DNA of 64,000 bases from an uncultured Candidatus Binatia bacterium (lineage in GTDB: Bacteria; Desulfobacterota; Binatia; Bin18), in assembly GCA_965214605.1 (NCBI GenBank), contig OZ243961.1:928001-992000 (forward strand), read 5' to 3'. Made by a program: the position numbers and the translations under genes. Positions 29,030 to 38,613 of the stretch are shown piece after piece (the first letter of the stretch is position 1; each line of letters starts with the position of its first letter). The notes below the pieces were generated by a model. The model was given only the letters and a program-made list of their open reading frames with translations, made no database searches and was not told the origin of the DNA.

Positions 29030-30256
29030 CTAGGTGCCCCCTTTGTGGAGCACCCCTGCGTTTTCTAATGCGGCTATCCGGGTGGGGGAATACCCCAGCT
29101 GGTCTTGCAACACCGCCGCGTTGTGCTGGCCAAGAAGCGGCGCGTGCAGTTCGGGTAAATCCGGAAACTCCGAATACTTGAGCGGAAAGCCGGGAATTGT
29201 GAGCTCACCCAGGATGGGGTCAGACACGGTCCGAACCATGTTACGGGCCTGAAAATACTCGTGCTCGAGCGTATCCACAATCGACATCACCGGCGCGGAC
29301 GGGACGCGGTGCTCTTCCAGAACCCGCAGAACAGCCTCATCGTCGGCTATGCTCTGCATCCAGGTCTCCATGATGGCGATCAGCTCTCTCTGGTGTGTCG
29401 CCCGGTCGGGTCCGGTGGCAAAGCGCGGATCGTTAATGAGCTCAGGCCGGCCCATGGCCCGACACAGATTCTCCCACTGTCGGTCCAGCACCAAAATCAC
29501 GATCCAGCCCTGGGGGCCCTTGAACGTCCCGACCGGACACACCAGTGGATGATGGGCACCGGTTCGTTCCGGTATATAGGCTCCGCCGCTCAGGCTATGC
29601 ACCTGGAGATTGACCTCATGCATATGGTAGAGCGCGTCAATCATGGCGAGATCGATGTGCTGTCCGACCCCGGTCTTGTCGCGGTAGTACAAGGCATACC
29701 CCAGGGCGGCAAAGGCGTGCACGCCACTGCTGACATCCGCCATACCGAGCCCGACAAACTGCGGCGGCCCATCAGGCTCTCCGGTCATGTGCATAATGCC
29801 GGAAAACGCCTGGGCAATCAGATCGTAGCCAACCCGATGCGACAGCGGGCTGTGGCGGCCAAAGGCCGAGATTGAGGCCATGATGATTTTGGGATGGATC
29901 TTTTTGAGGGCGGCATAATCCAAACCACGCTTCTCAAGCACTCCGGGCCCGTAGTTTTCAACCACAACGTCAACGGTTGGAACAAGGGAGCGCAACAGAT
30001 CTAAGGCTTGAGGTTTGGCAAAGTCGAGACACAGGCTGCGTTTGCCCCGATTCTGCTGAACAAAATACCCGCTGCGGCCATCTTTGATAAACGGGAGGGC
30101 ACGGGCCGGATCACCGGTCGGCGCTTGTTCGACCTTGATAATATGGGCGCCCATTTCGGCCATCAGGCGGGTCACCGTTGGTCCGGCCAAGTATTGGGTC
30201 AGGTCGAGTACGGTGACATCGTCCAGCATGCGCGGCAACGGATTTCCATTTTCCAT
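29030..30256 (-). CDS. Family III CoA-transferase (CaiB/BaiF)
   Basis: VLDLTQYLAGP, NRGKRSL, DVVVENY, GYDLIAQAFSG, APLLGQHN. Confidence 0.95.
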   Translation of the reverse strand: MENGNPLPRMLDDVTVLDLTQYLAGPTVTRLMAEMGAHIIKVEQAPTGDPARALPFIKDGRSGYFVQQNRGKRSLCLDFAKPQALDLLRSLVPTVDVVVENYGPGVLEKRGLDYAALKKIHPKIIMASISAFGRHSPLSHRVGYDLIAQAFSGIMHMTGEPDGPPQFVGLGMADVSSGVHAFAALGYALYYRDKTGVGQHIDLAMIDALYHMHEVNLQVHSLSGGAYIPERTGAHHPLVCPVGTFKGPQGWIVILVLDRQWENLCRAMGRPELINDPRFATGPDRATHQRELIAIMETWMQSIADDEAVLRVLEEHRVPSAPVMSIVDTLEHEYFQARNMVRTVSDPILGELTIPGFPLKYSEFPDLPELHAPLLGQHNAAVLQDQLGYSPTRIAALENAGVLHKGGT

Positions 30257-30522
30257 TCGAGCCCTCCCCTCTCGTTCCGTGGTGTAGCACTCGGTCGAGA
30301 AAAAAGCGAGAACCAGGCCGCTCGCCTCGAAAATTTCAGGCCGCCGGCGGACCGCACAAGAGATCAGCCGTCCGGGAGATCTTGCCCGCGTAGAGACACG
30401 CAGGGCGCACATCCAGAGAGGTCGGGACCGTCTGGGCGCGGGAGCGCCGCTCGGCACTTCAGACCCGTATCACACGTGAGGAAAGAGAGACGACCGGCAT
30501 ACCGCCCCGGCCGCAGACGTGT

Positions 30523-31380
30523 TCAGTCGCTGTCATGGGCCGACGGCACCGGCACGTCGTAGCTCCAGATCAGGGTCAGAACCGTCTCGCCCCAGGGCAG
30601 CAAGGCCACGTCCGATTCCGGGGCGGTGTCGCCGGGCAAGTCCGGATGGCGGCGACGCGCTTCCGTCGTGGCCAGAGCGATTAACTCGTCGGCACTTGGC
30701 GTCGCATCACCGTTGGCCGGTAACTCCAACTCAGAGGCCCGCAGGGTAACAGCCGTTTTGACCTGCATAGAGGTTGAGCTACGAGACGGAGGACTCGGCG
30801 GCACCTCGGGCTCGACCGGGATCTCTTCCAGCGGCTCATCAACCGGGATTTCTTCTATCACCCTATCGTCTGTCGCCGCCACCGGTGGGCTGTCCTGCTC
30901 ATCGCTCCTGTCCGCCGGGAGATCCGGCGACGGCGTCGGGCTGACGGCCGGTTCCTCGGCTGTCGAGGCTCGGCCCCGCCCACGGGTTCCGCGTCGTCGT
31001 CCGCCCCGCCCGCCACGTGGCGCGTCGTTCGCCTCCTGTTCATCGTTCTCAGCCGCCCGCTTTGAGCGACGCGCCCGCTGCTCACCCGGCATAAGGCCAT
31101 GGGAAAAATACTGGAGGTCATCGGTCGAGGCGGCGTCGAGCACCTCATCGACGAGATCGGCCGCTTTTTCCTCGGTATAGGCCTCGACATCAAAGTCGGC
31201 AAAGACGGTAAAATGGGACAGGCTTCCGGTCAGGTCAGCCGCGGCCGGAACTGTCTCATGTTCGAAATAGCGGAGCCGTCTGTGGGAGACGGACGTCAGT
31301 AGGGAAGCCGCAGTCCGGTCCGTTTCTTCCAGGGAGGACCCACGACCTTCGAAAAGCGCAACAGCATGAAAGTATGGCAT
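30523..31380 (-). CDS. Hypothetical protein with RGG box and acidic/Pro-rich linker
   Basis: 285-aa ORF: folded-looking N- and C-terminal regions joined by RGGRGGRRRGTRGRGR and an E/P/D-rich segment. Confidence 0.7.
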   Translation of the reverse strand: MPYFHAVALFEGRGSSLEETDRTAASLLTSVSHRRLRYFEHETVPAAADLTGSLSHFTVFADFDVEAYTEEKAADLVDEVLDAASTDDLQYFSHGLMPGEQRARRSKRAAENDEQEANDAPRGGRGGRRRGTRGRGRASTAEEPAVSPTPSPDLPADRSDEQDSPPVAATDDRVIEEIPVDEPLEEIPVEPEVPPSPPSRSSTSMQVKTAVTLRASELELPANGDATPSADELIALATTEARRRHPDLPGDTAPESDVALLPWGETVLTLIWSYDVPVPSAHDSD

Positions 31381-31588
31381 AGATCAAGGCACACAATATA
31401 ACGTCGACCGATTTTACGCAAGAGTAAGAAATCCGACGTACGGGTCGGGCACAGCTAGACGCAGGGCGTGTTTCGGCGTATAGTGGCACCAAAAGCTATT
31501 CGGTCAGGTAGACACAGGCCTTAACACTTCGCTTCTTGCAATACGGCAGGATGGAGTGGACCGAGCCTCGGGCCGGTATTGGCGATCG

Positions 31589-31826
31589 GTTCCTGGTAGA
31601 GCGGTTTCTGGTCCCGCAGCGGGTGCGCCAAGAAAGGAGGTGGTCCAAAGATGTGTAGTTCTACGGTGATCTGTGAGGTGGTGGCCTCCTAGGCCGACGA
31701 CCCAAAATCTTTTGATGTGGAGTAGTCGCTTGGGGGGACCCAGGCACTACCGGAATCCCGACAGCCCGCGCCTCATCACCCGCGGGACAATCCTACATCG
31801 GATTATAACACTGTCGGGGTTTTTTT
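31589..31826 (+). ncRNA. Candidate structured RNA with extended anti-16S (SD) segment and a 13-aa ORF (31651-31692)
   Basis: Long interrupted stem pairs 31589-31622 with 31726-31755 and encloses AGAAAGGAGGTGGTCCA and ORF MCSSTVICEVVAS; followed by a branched terminator. Confidence 0.6.
31757..31826 (+). terminator. Branched intrinsic terminator-like structure
   Basis: CCCGACAG/CTGTCGGG stem enclosing CCCGCG/CGCGGG and AATCC/GGATT hairpins, followed by T7. Confidence 0.7.
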
Positions 31827-31853
31827 GGCCTCACACACGGGGCGAGGAGGCAA

Positions 31854-32474
31854 ATGGCAGATTCTGGCGCGGGAAACACGTCAATTACCCAAGCCGTGAC
31901 CGCTCTCAGCCACCGAATTTTTGACTTGGCAACCGAGACCTGGCAACAGCTGAAGGACCACGACGAGGTCAGCCGGGAATTGCTCAAGGATCCGTTTAGC
32001 CAACAGGCCAAAGAACACACCGCCACGGCTGAATTATTGCTGCTGCTGCTCCACCTCAGCGATCGGGTGGCGGCGGCCACATTTCACAAAGCACTCCCGG
32101 CCGCCCACGTCCAGACCGTACGTACGACGTTTATCTCGGCCGTAGTCGGGGCCGCCCTTCCGGCCTTCATCCAACTCGTCTGCGCCGAACAAGACTCGGC
32201 CGAACAGGCCGAAACACAGGCCGACTTCGTCCACCTGTATAATGTCCGGGCGGTGCAGTACGGGCTGTTTGGACTCGAGGGCCAGGGAGCCGCCGACGAG
32301 TACAGGGCCCTGATCAAGTTAGGCGCCATTCGGGTCTCAGAAGCCCTCGAATGTTTGGACAACGAGGCGATCCTCCGCCATAGCGTGGACGCGATCGTGC
32401 TGAGCCGCCAGGCGCTCACCGCCGAAGTGCCGCTGCAACAAACAATTGCCCGGCTCCTCGTTGCAACACACTGA
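31854..32474 (+). CDS. Hypothetical helical protein
   Basis: GAGGAGG RBS; 206-aa ORF. Confidence 0.7.
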   Translation: MADSGAGNTSITQAVTALSHRIFDLATETWQQLKDHDEVSRELLKDPFSQQAKEHTATAELLLLLLHLSDRVAAATFHKALPAAHVQTVRTTFISAVVGAALPAFIQLVCAEQDSAEQAETQADFVHLYNVRAVQYGLFGLEGQGAADEYRALIKLGAIRVSEALECLDNEAILRHSVDAIVLSRQALTAEVPLQQTIARLLVATH

Positions 32475-32478
32475 AGAC

Positions 32479-32871
32479 TTAGTCCCGTCCTCGCTGACGC
32501 TCGACCAACAACCAGTGAGCCTGTCCAATACCGCGCAGACTACGATACTCCTCATCCGAGAAGGTCACGCCCGCCCGCCTGCGGACACCGTCAAGCGCCC
32601 GGGCCAGACCTACCTCACACAACTCGAGCAGCAGGGGTAGGGCAACATTCAGGTCCTTGAGCGAGGCTTCGAGCAGAGCGTTGCGCGCCACCCCTAGAAT
32701 GTGTTCCAGCTCTGACTCCGTCCCGGGCTCCCGCTGTGGCTGAGCCGCGAGATCGGGAGCCGGCCCGGTCTCGGTCTGGGTGAAGAAGGCAAAGTGGAGT
32801 TGCTCGTTCGCTCCTGACTCAGGTCCGGGCGGGGCCTTTTTCGAGTGGTGTTGAGGATGGTTCGCTTTCAC
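32479..32871 (-). CDS. Hypothetical protein
   Basis: GTGA overlap with the holA stop; 130 aa. Confidence 0.6.
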   Translation of the reverse strand: MKANHPQHHSKKAPPGPESGANEQLHFAFFTQTETGPAPDLAAQPQREPGTESELEHILGVARNALLEASLKDLNVALPLLLELCEVGLARALDGVRRRAGVTFSDEEYRSLRGIGQAHWLLVERQRGRD

Positions 32872-33911
32872 CTTGGCCGTGCACAGATGTCTAAAATAAG
32901 GGCGTCAAACAGGACACCGGCCGGAGTCCGGGTCGACTTGAGCCGCCGATCAAGCGCGGCTGCCCGGTGCAGGACCCGGCGCAGGTCCGGGGTCGAGTAG
33001 AGGCGGCTCTGATTCCGCAGATTCCGCAGACGCGGCCCACGCAGGCCCAGCGTTCGCTCAATGTGAGCCTCTGGCAGCCCCTGGTGCTGCGCGTCGCGCA
33101 GCTGCCAGAGGCGACGAAAATGCCCCACCAAGGCGTGCAGGACCGGCACGGCGCGCCGCTCATCAGTCAAGACCTGGCGTATCAGCCCCAAGGCTTTTTT
33201 TCGATCGCGCAGGCCTAGCGCATTTGCTAACTCAAACGCGCTGTGTTGGTGCACCTCGCCGGTACACGTCGCCACTGCCTGGACATCGATGTCGGTGTTG
33301 GGAAAAACAAAGGTGGCCACCTTATCCAGCTCGGTGGACAACGCGAGCAGATCCGGACCGACCAAATCGGCCAGCAATTGTGCGGCCTCGTCACTCAGCC
33401 GCAGCCGCCGTTCACGGGCCAAACGCTGCGCCCAGCCCGACAGCTGGTTGGCAAAAGGCCGTCGAAATTCGGCGGTGAGGCCCGTTTTTGCACACCGCGA
33501 AAAAAATTTCCGGGTCAACTCTAGCCGACCGTGGGCACACACCACGAGGGGGTGGCTCGCATCCCGGAGTTCGGCTTCCTGGGCAAGTCGCCCGCGTTCT
33601 TTGTCTCCGAGTTGCTCGGCGCTGCGCAGGACCACCAGAGTCTGGGGAGCAAATAAGGACGGCGCGCCCCAGGCGTCCAAGACGGCCTCGACCGGGTCTT
33701 GGCCTGCGTAAAAGGTCTGGACTACCGTGTCCTTAGGCAGACGGCGGCGGACGTGATCAACCGCCCGATCAATCAGATACGACTCCTCACCATGAAACAG
33801 ATAGAGCGCGGCAACCGGCTCCTTGGTCAGGCGTGAGAAGATGTCTTCAGGACGGGGGAAACGATGGGCCGCCATAGGAACATTCGTATCGGGCGGTGGT
33901 GGGAAAGACAA
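32868..33911 (-). CDS. holA: DNA polymerase III delta subunit
   Basis: LYLFHGEESYL, APSLFAPQTLVV, LVGPDLLALSTELDKV, FELANAL, DRRLKS; exact start uncertain. Confidence 0.9.
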   Translation of the reverse strand: MSFPPPPDTNVPMAAHRFPRPEDIFSRLTKEPVAALYLFHGEESYLIDRAVDHVRRRLPKDTVVQTFYAGQDPVEAVLDAWGAPSLFAPQTLVVLRSAEQLGDKERGRLAQEAELRDASHPLVVCAHGRLELTRKFFSRCAKTGLTAEFRRPFANQLSGWAQRLARERRLRLSDEAAQLLADLVGPDLLALSTELDKVATFVFPNTDIDVQAVATCTGEVHQHSAFELANALGLRDRKKALGLIRQVLTDERRAVPVLHALVGHFRRLWQLRDAQHQGLPEAHIERTLGLRGPRLRNLRNQSRLYSTPDLRRVLHRAAALDRRLKSTRTPAGVLFDALILDICARPR

Positions 33912-33929
33912 GGGCGGAGAGACATCTCC

Positions 33930-34598
33930 TCAAGCCGGGTGCGGCGGCAGGCGTTTAGTCCGACAGTCAATCAGCTGACTGTCGGTCATAATCCAATCGA
34001 TCCATTCGTCGTGCGGCCCACTGGGAATGCGTGCCAAGACTTGAAAGTCATAGGCCGCCGCGATCCGGAGGGCACCGGTCAACACGTGACCAAACGCCCG
34101 GTCATAGTAGCCTTTGCCGCGACCCAAGCGACGGCCCTCGACGTCGAAGCCTAGGCCGGGGGTGAGGACGACGGTATCCCCGTCCCGCCCGGGGGCGAAA
34201 CGCTCATTGCCGGGAGGGATGGGAATCCCAAACAGACCCTCAATAAGCTGATCGCTTGGATAGCGCCGAACAAACTCAAGAGAGATCCGGTCGGGGCTAA
34301 TACGCGGATAATACACGGCTTTGCGTTGAGCCACGGCCCACGACCAGAGCGCCTCGGTTTGGACCTCATTGTCGTCCGCAGCGTAGAGGACGATTGTCGT
34401 AGCAGTGTCAAACGACGCAAAAGTCCGAAGCCGCTCGCAAATAAGCCGGCTTTTTTCAGCCACGTCCCTCGACGTCAGCGCACGCCTGCGCTGACGGAGC
34501 AGGCGGCGGAGCCGTTTCTTGGTGTCGGCCAGAGCGCTGTGTTTAGCGCCGGACAGCGTCCTCGCCCTTCTCCGGCAGGGTGAACGTGGCCTCGCCAC
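33930..34598 (-). CDS. 5-formyltetrahydrofolate cyclo-ligase
   Basis: KKRLRR, NEVQT, PGLGFDVEGRRLGRGKGYYDR, PHD; start uncertain. Confidence 0.93.
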   Translation of the reverse strand: MARPRSPCRRRARTLSGAKHSALADTKKRLRRLLRQRRRALTSRDVAEKSRLICERLRTFASFDTATTIVLYAADDNEVQTEALWSWAVAQRKAVYYPRISPDRISLEFVRRYPSDQLIEGLFGIPIPPGNERFAPGRDGDTVVLTPGLGFDVEGRRLGRGKGYYDRAFGHVLTGALRIAAAYDFQVLARIPSGPHDEWIDWIMTDSQLIDCRTKRLPPHPA

Positions 34599-35004
34599 TT
34601 AAAATCCGCTCACCGTTTTGATTGTCCTGCCAAATTTGACAATCGACCCGCGGCTCACCCTTCTCACTCCGGTAGGTCCGCGTTATGCTGCCTCTGCAGG
34701 TCAGCATATCATCGGGAAAAGCGTTCCCGGCAAAGCGGACCTTGGTCCGCCGGAGATCCCACGGGGCATGCAACCAGTCGGTCACAAAGCGGTACAAAAA
34801 GGTCTCGTTCAGCGGCCCTTGCTGAACCACATCGGGCAAGTCGCGCTCATGGGCATACACTCGGTCAAGGTGGAGCGGGTTGGCATCGCGTAGAATAAAC
34901 GCAATCGGAATATAGGCATGACGGTCCATCGGCCCATAGGTCACACTCGGGATGTCCATACCTTCAGTTACGTCTTCAAAATACACTTTTGGCCGATCGT
35001 CCAT
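34543..35004 (-). CDS. MaoC-like dehydratase subunit
   Basis: YFEDV, DANPLHLD catalytic motif, VRFAGNAFPDD. Confidence 0.88.
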   Translation of the reverse strand: MDDRPKVYFEDVTEGMDIPSVTYGPMDRHAYIPIAFILRDANPLHLDRVYAHERDLPDVVQQGPLNETFLYRFVTDWLHAPWDLRRTKVRFAGNAFPDDMLTCRGSITRTYRSEKGEPRVDCQIWQDNQNGERILSGEATFTLPEKGEDAVRR

Positions 35005-35016
35005 GTCCAGAGCTCC

Positions 35017-35475
35017 CTATTTAAAGACAAGATACGACTGTGCACCGCTGAATGCCGTTGCTCCGGATTCATCCGTAGCGGTAAACGACACCCAAATCAC
35101 GTCAAACGCGCGTTTGCCCTTTTTCTCGTACACGTCAGAGACCCGGCCCTGGACGGTAAAGGTCTCACCCACGTACAGCGGCCGCTGGTACTTCAGTTCC
35201 TGCTCGCCAAACATGGCGGTATCCTTTTTATAGTCCATGAAAAAATCTCTTTGCCAGTCGAACGAGCGCAGCATACTAATAACGGCCACATATGGTCCAA
35301 AAGACGGCGGAATCACCCAGCCCTCATAGCCGACCGCCCGCGAGTCCGCCTCGCTTTGGAAGGCCCGGTCGTCTTCACCGGCAACTGGCAGATAGTCCCG
35401 AATATCTTCTTCACGGATCGTGTAGCGTACCGGCGCAAAGACCTTTCCGATCAGCGTTTTCCGGTCAGGCGCCAT
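35017..35475 (-). CDS. MaoC-like (N-terminal type) hotdog-fold partner subunit
   Basis: IPPSF, FGEQELKYQRPLYVGE, DVYEKKG; GGAGG RBS. Confidence 0.85.
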   Translation of the reverse strand: MAPDRKTLIGKVFAPVRYTIREEDIRDYLPVAGEDDRAFQSEADSRAVGYEGWVIPPSFGPYVAVISMLRSFDWQRDFFMDYKKDTAMFGEQELKYQRPLYVGETFTVQGRVSDVYEKKGKRAFDVIWVSFTATDESGATAFSGAQSYLVFK

Positions 35476-35875
35476 AGGCGTAGTCCTCCCTTCGACCCCA
35501 ATGCGGCGTTCCATCAGCGTTCGTCCTTGGAGCGGATCCCTCCCCCTGGCACCACACCCCAATGAACGCCCGCAGTCTTCGATTCACAGGCCGGCCTTTT
35601 GGCGCAGTCCTAGCCTCGACCATGCCCGGCTTGCCTGAGTCCTGATCAGACCCGGCCGTCGGCCTCGTTCTTTTGGAAACTTTCCACGCAGCCCCTCTGC
35701 GACCACTGAGTCAACGGTCGAGGCGGTATTGTTCGTGGAGATGATGACGAGAGAAGACGTGACACAAGAGGTATGTTGTCGAGCCTCGCCATCCTTATGA
35801 GTGCCCACCCAGCTCGGTCTGATCTGCAGCTAGCGTCTGTCCTCTCCCACCGTGTGAGAGAGGGAGAAAACCTGT

Positions 35876-36274
35876 CTACTTGCCAAATGCCTCGGTCACC
35901 AGCTCGGTGTCCAAATACTCGGTCACCCGCTGCACTTTGCCATTGACGACCTGAAAGACCTGGCAGTAGGTGTTGTCGTACGGCTTCCCAGACTTCGTGG
36001 TCGATTTGCCCTTGGCCTGCATGGCCACAAAGTCGCCGTCGGCAATAAAGTTGCTCGGGGTGATGGCAATCCCGCTCTCAAGCTGGGCACCAAGGGGGCC
36101 GAGAAGCTTTTCGACCAACTCTTGTTTTCCACTGAATGTCCCTGACCATTTGGTTGAGCCAATAATGGTAAACTCGACATCATCAGCCATATTCCCCAGA
36201 AAGGCCTCGGGATTGCCCTTCGACAGCTCGGCAAACATGTCCTGGATGAGTTTTTTGTTCTCTACCGTGCCCAT
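35876..36274 (-). CDS. SnoaL/NTF2-like protein
   Basis: ENKKLI, MADDVEF, IADGDFVA, YDNTYC, EYLDT. Confidence 0.9.
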   Translation of the reverse strand: MGTVENKKLIQDMFAELSKGNPEAFLGNMADDVEFTIIGSTKWSGTFSGKQELVEKLLGPLGAQLESGIAITPSNFIADGDFVAMQAKGKSTTKSGKPYDNTYCQVFQVVNGKVQRVTEYLDTELVTEAFGK

Positions 36275-36359
36275 AATGTCTTCCTCCTGTATGGATTTTG
36301 TGTGAGCACCAGACTGATGCGACTCTAAGCTGTCTGGTCAGACAATGTCAAGCCGCCGC

Positions 36360-37640
36360 CTAGCGCTCCGGAAATCGCTCTTTGAGCCAGTCTGTAATGA
36401 TCTTGAGTGACGCGTCCCGACCACCCTCGTTGGGTTTCGACGGCAGGGGATAGCCAAAATGATCGGCCTCAACGTGATGCAGCTGCTTGTCGCTCGCAGC
36501 CGAGGCCTGATACATGGCGTCGGAATCGGCCGGGTAAATGGCATGGTCACCGCTATGGTTAATGACCAAGGTGGGAATGCTCACCTTACGGATATTGTCC
36601 AGCACCGCGGCGTTGGCCGACAGACCCGACCAATTGCTGAGCCATGCCCGGGGGGTTTGATATTTAGCAAAACCCGCCTCAGTATAGTTAAACAGATCCG
36701 GCCGGGGTGACCACAGTGAGCCATAGTCGCGTGACGAGGGCTGAATAGACGGATCGGTATACGTCAGATTGGCTTCGGTCCGGTGGATTGTCAGATAGCG
36801 GCCAACTAGCGCGTGGCGGCTGATAAAGGTGCGTGTGTCCAGCGTCAGGCTGTCAAAATCGTCCCGGCCCACGAGTCCCCGAAAATAGCGCTGTTCTTCG
36901 ATAAAGCCTCTGGCAATGGCGTCAATCCGCGCCACTCGGGCCGTCTGAGCGGCACGGTAGCGGTGGAGAAATTCCGGGCTATAGGAACTCGGTTGGGGCG
37001 GCTCACGAAAGCCGTTAGCCGGGTTGTACATATCTAGCTCGGGATCGCACGACAACGGGTCGTCTTCATCGGTCACCGACGGATCAATAGCCGTCTGCAT
37101 GAATTTTCCCTCGCCTAAGTGGGCAGCAAGAATAATCATGCCATCACCCGCTGGCAGTTCAAAGCGATTCAGATCGTAGGGATCGCCGGCTGGGGTCACC
37201 GTCAGTCGGCCGGGCGGCTGGGTCACCGCCTGAGCCTGATAGAAGGTGTACAGCGAACCACCACCGCTATTGCCGACGAACACGACATGCTGAAAGCCCC
37301 GTTCGTTTTTGAGATGCCTGATCCCGGCCGCAATATCCGGCAGCAGCATCTCATGCAAGCAGGCAATATCGTTATTGGGCCAGCGTCCCTCTTGACCAAA
37401 CGCGGCATAGCCCGCCTCAAGCAAATATGGAATCGCATAGTGGCGGCTCATATCGGCCCGCGGGTGCATCAGACACACCACCGTTTTTTCCCCGCCCCGC
37501 GTGTACAACACCCCTTTTGATTCACCTCGGTCAGCGGCTTTGAGCGGCACTACTTCGGCATTTACCCCTGAAGGCAGTGCGTCAAATGAAATGAGACTCA
37601 TCCCCATTGCCGCGTAGCGTGGAATCCGTGCCTGTGACAT
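36360..37640 (-). CDS. Alpha/beta hydrolase
   Basis: GNSGGG nucleophile elbow, GDHAI, ADHFG; AGGAGG RBS. Confidence 0.85.
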   Translation of the reverse strand: MSQARIPRYAAMGMSLISFDALPSGVNAEVVPLKAADRGESKGVLYTRGGEKTVVCLMHPRADMSRHYAIPYLLEAGYAAFGQEGRWPNNDIACLHEMLLPDIAAGIRHLKNERGFQHVVFVGNSGGGSLYTFYQAQAVTQPPGRLTVTPAGDPYDLNRFELPAGDGMIILAAHLGEGKFMQTAIDPSVTDEDDPLSCDPELDMYNPANGFREPPQPSSYSPEFLHRYRAAQTARVARIDAIARGFIEEQRYFRGLVGRDDFDSLTLDTRTFISRHALVGRYLTIHRTEANLTYTDPSIQPSSRDYGSLWSPRPDLFNYTEAGFAKYQTPRAWLSNWSGLSANAAVLDNIRKVSIPTLVINHSGDHAIYPADSDAMYQASAASDKQLHHVEADHFGYPLPSKPNEGGRDASLKIITDWLKERFPER

Positions 37641-37776
37641 AGCGTCCTCCTGTGTTCGTACTGCTGTGTATCTGGAGCGGCGGGCAAGAACTGCTCCCCT
37701 CCTCTCTTGCACAGGGTACACCCAACGCAGTATACAGGAGAAAGACTCATCGCACAGCAGAAGAGAGAGACCTCCC

Positions 37777-38610
37777 ATGCCCTCACGCGCTCGAGAACGT
37801 TTCACCGAACTTGTTTCCGGTTCGGAAGAAGACCTGAACCTGGCCGAAGCGGCTTTGCTGATTGCCCAAGAGGAGCAGCCCGAGCTTGATGTCGCGGCCT
37901 ATCTCGGCCGTTTGGACGCGCTGGCCGCCAGCGTCCGCTCCCGTTTGTCCGAAGCCCCGAGCTTTGCCGACATCATCCAAGCCCTAAACACGATTCTGTT
38001 TCAGGAAGAGGGTCTCGCCGGCAATCAGACCGACTATCACGATCCCCGCAACAGTTTTCTCAACGAAGTCCTCGACCGCAAGCTCGGCATTCCGATCACC
38101 CTCTCACTGGTGTACATCGAGGTTGGCACCCGTCTTGGCGTGCCGCTCGTTGGGGTCGGCTTTCCCGGTCACTTTGTGGTCAAATACGAGGGACCGGAGG
38201 GCGAAACCATCCTCGATCCCTTCCAGGGCGGCAGCACGGTCAGCCAGGAACAAATGGAAGACAAACTGCGGAGCATGTACGGTCCCCAAAACCCGTTCAT
38301 TGGCCAGCTGCCCAGGCTCCTCGCCCCGGTCGGTAAAAAAGACATTCTGCTGCGCATGTTGCGCAACCTGAAACAGATCTACACCCAGAAAGAAGACTTC
38401 GAGCGGGCCCTAAGCGTCATGGAACGCATCCTGTTGTTGGCTCCCGACCATCCGGTCGAGGTCCGTGACCGGGGCGCCATCCACCACCGCATGGGTCGCC
38501 AGCAATTAGCGGTGCGCGACTTTCAGCGCTACCTACAGCTGGCGCCAAAAGCCGACGATGCCAAGGCGGTGCGGGCCATCATGGTCCGAACCATGGCGCA
38601 GCTCAATTAG
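37777..38610 (+). CDS. SirB1/transglutaminase-like protein with TPR
   Basis: YHDPRNSFLNEVLDRKLGIPITL, GVGFPGHF, RMLRNLK, RDRG. Confidence 0.92.
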   Translation: MPSRARERFTELVSGSEEDLNLAEAALLIAQEEQPELDVAAYLGRLDALAASVRSRLSEAPSFADIIQALNTILFQEEGLAGNQTDYHDPRNSFLNEVLDRKLGIPITLSLVYIEVGTRLGVPLVGVGFPGHFVVKYEGPEGETILDPFQGGSTVSQEQMEDKLRSMYGPQNPFIGQLPRLLAPVGKKDILLRMLRNLKQIYTQKEDFERALSVMERILLLAPDHPVEVRDRGAIHHRMGRQQLAVRDFQRYLQLAPKADDAKAVRAIMVRTMAQLN

Positions 38611-38613
38611 GCC

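Noticed and set aside
31673-31924. 83-aa ORF overlapping the structured RNA
   Set aside because: It runs through the terminator into the next gene, has no properly spaced RBS, and its composition is not protein-like.
35625-35690. Glycine-riboswitch-like words (GGAAAG, GCCGACGG, CTCAGGC) on the minus strand
   Set aside because: The P3 pairing and CUCUCAGG core are not properly formed, and downstream genes are not glycine-related.
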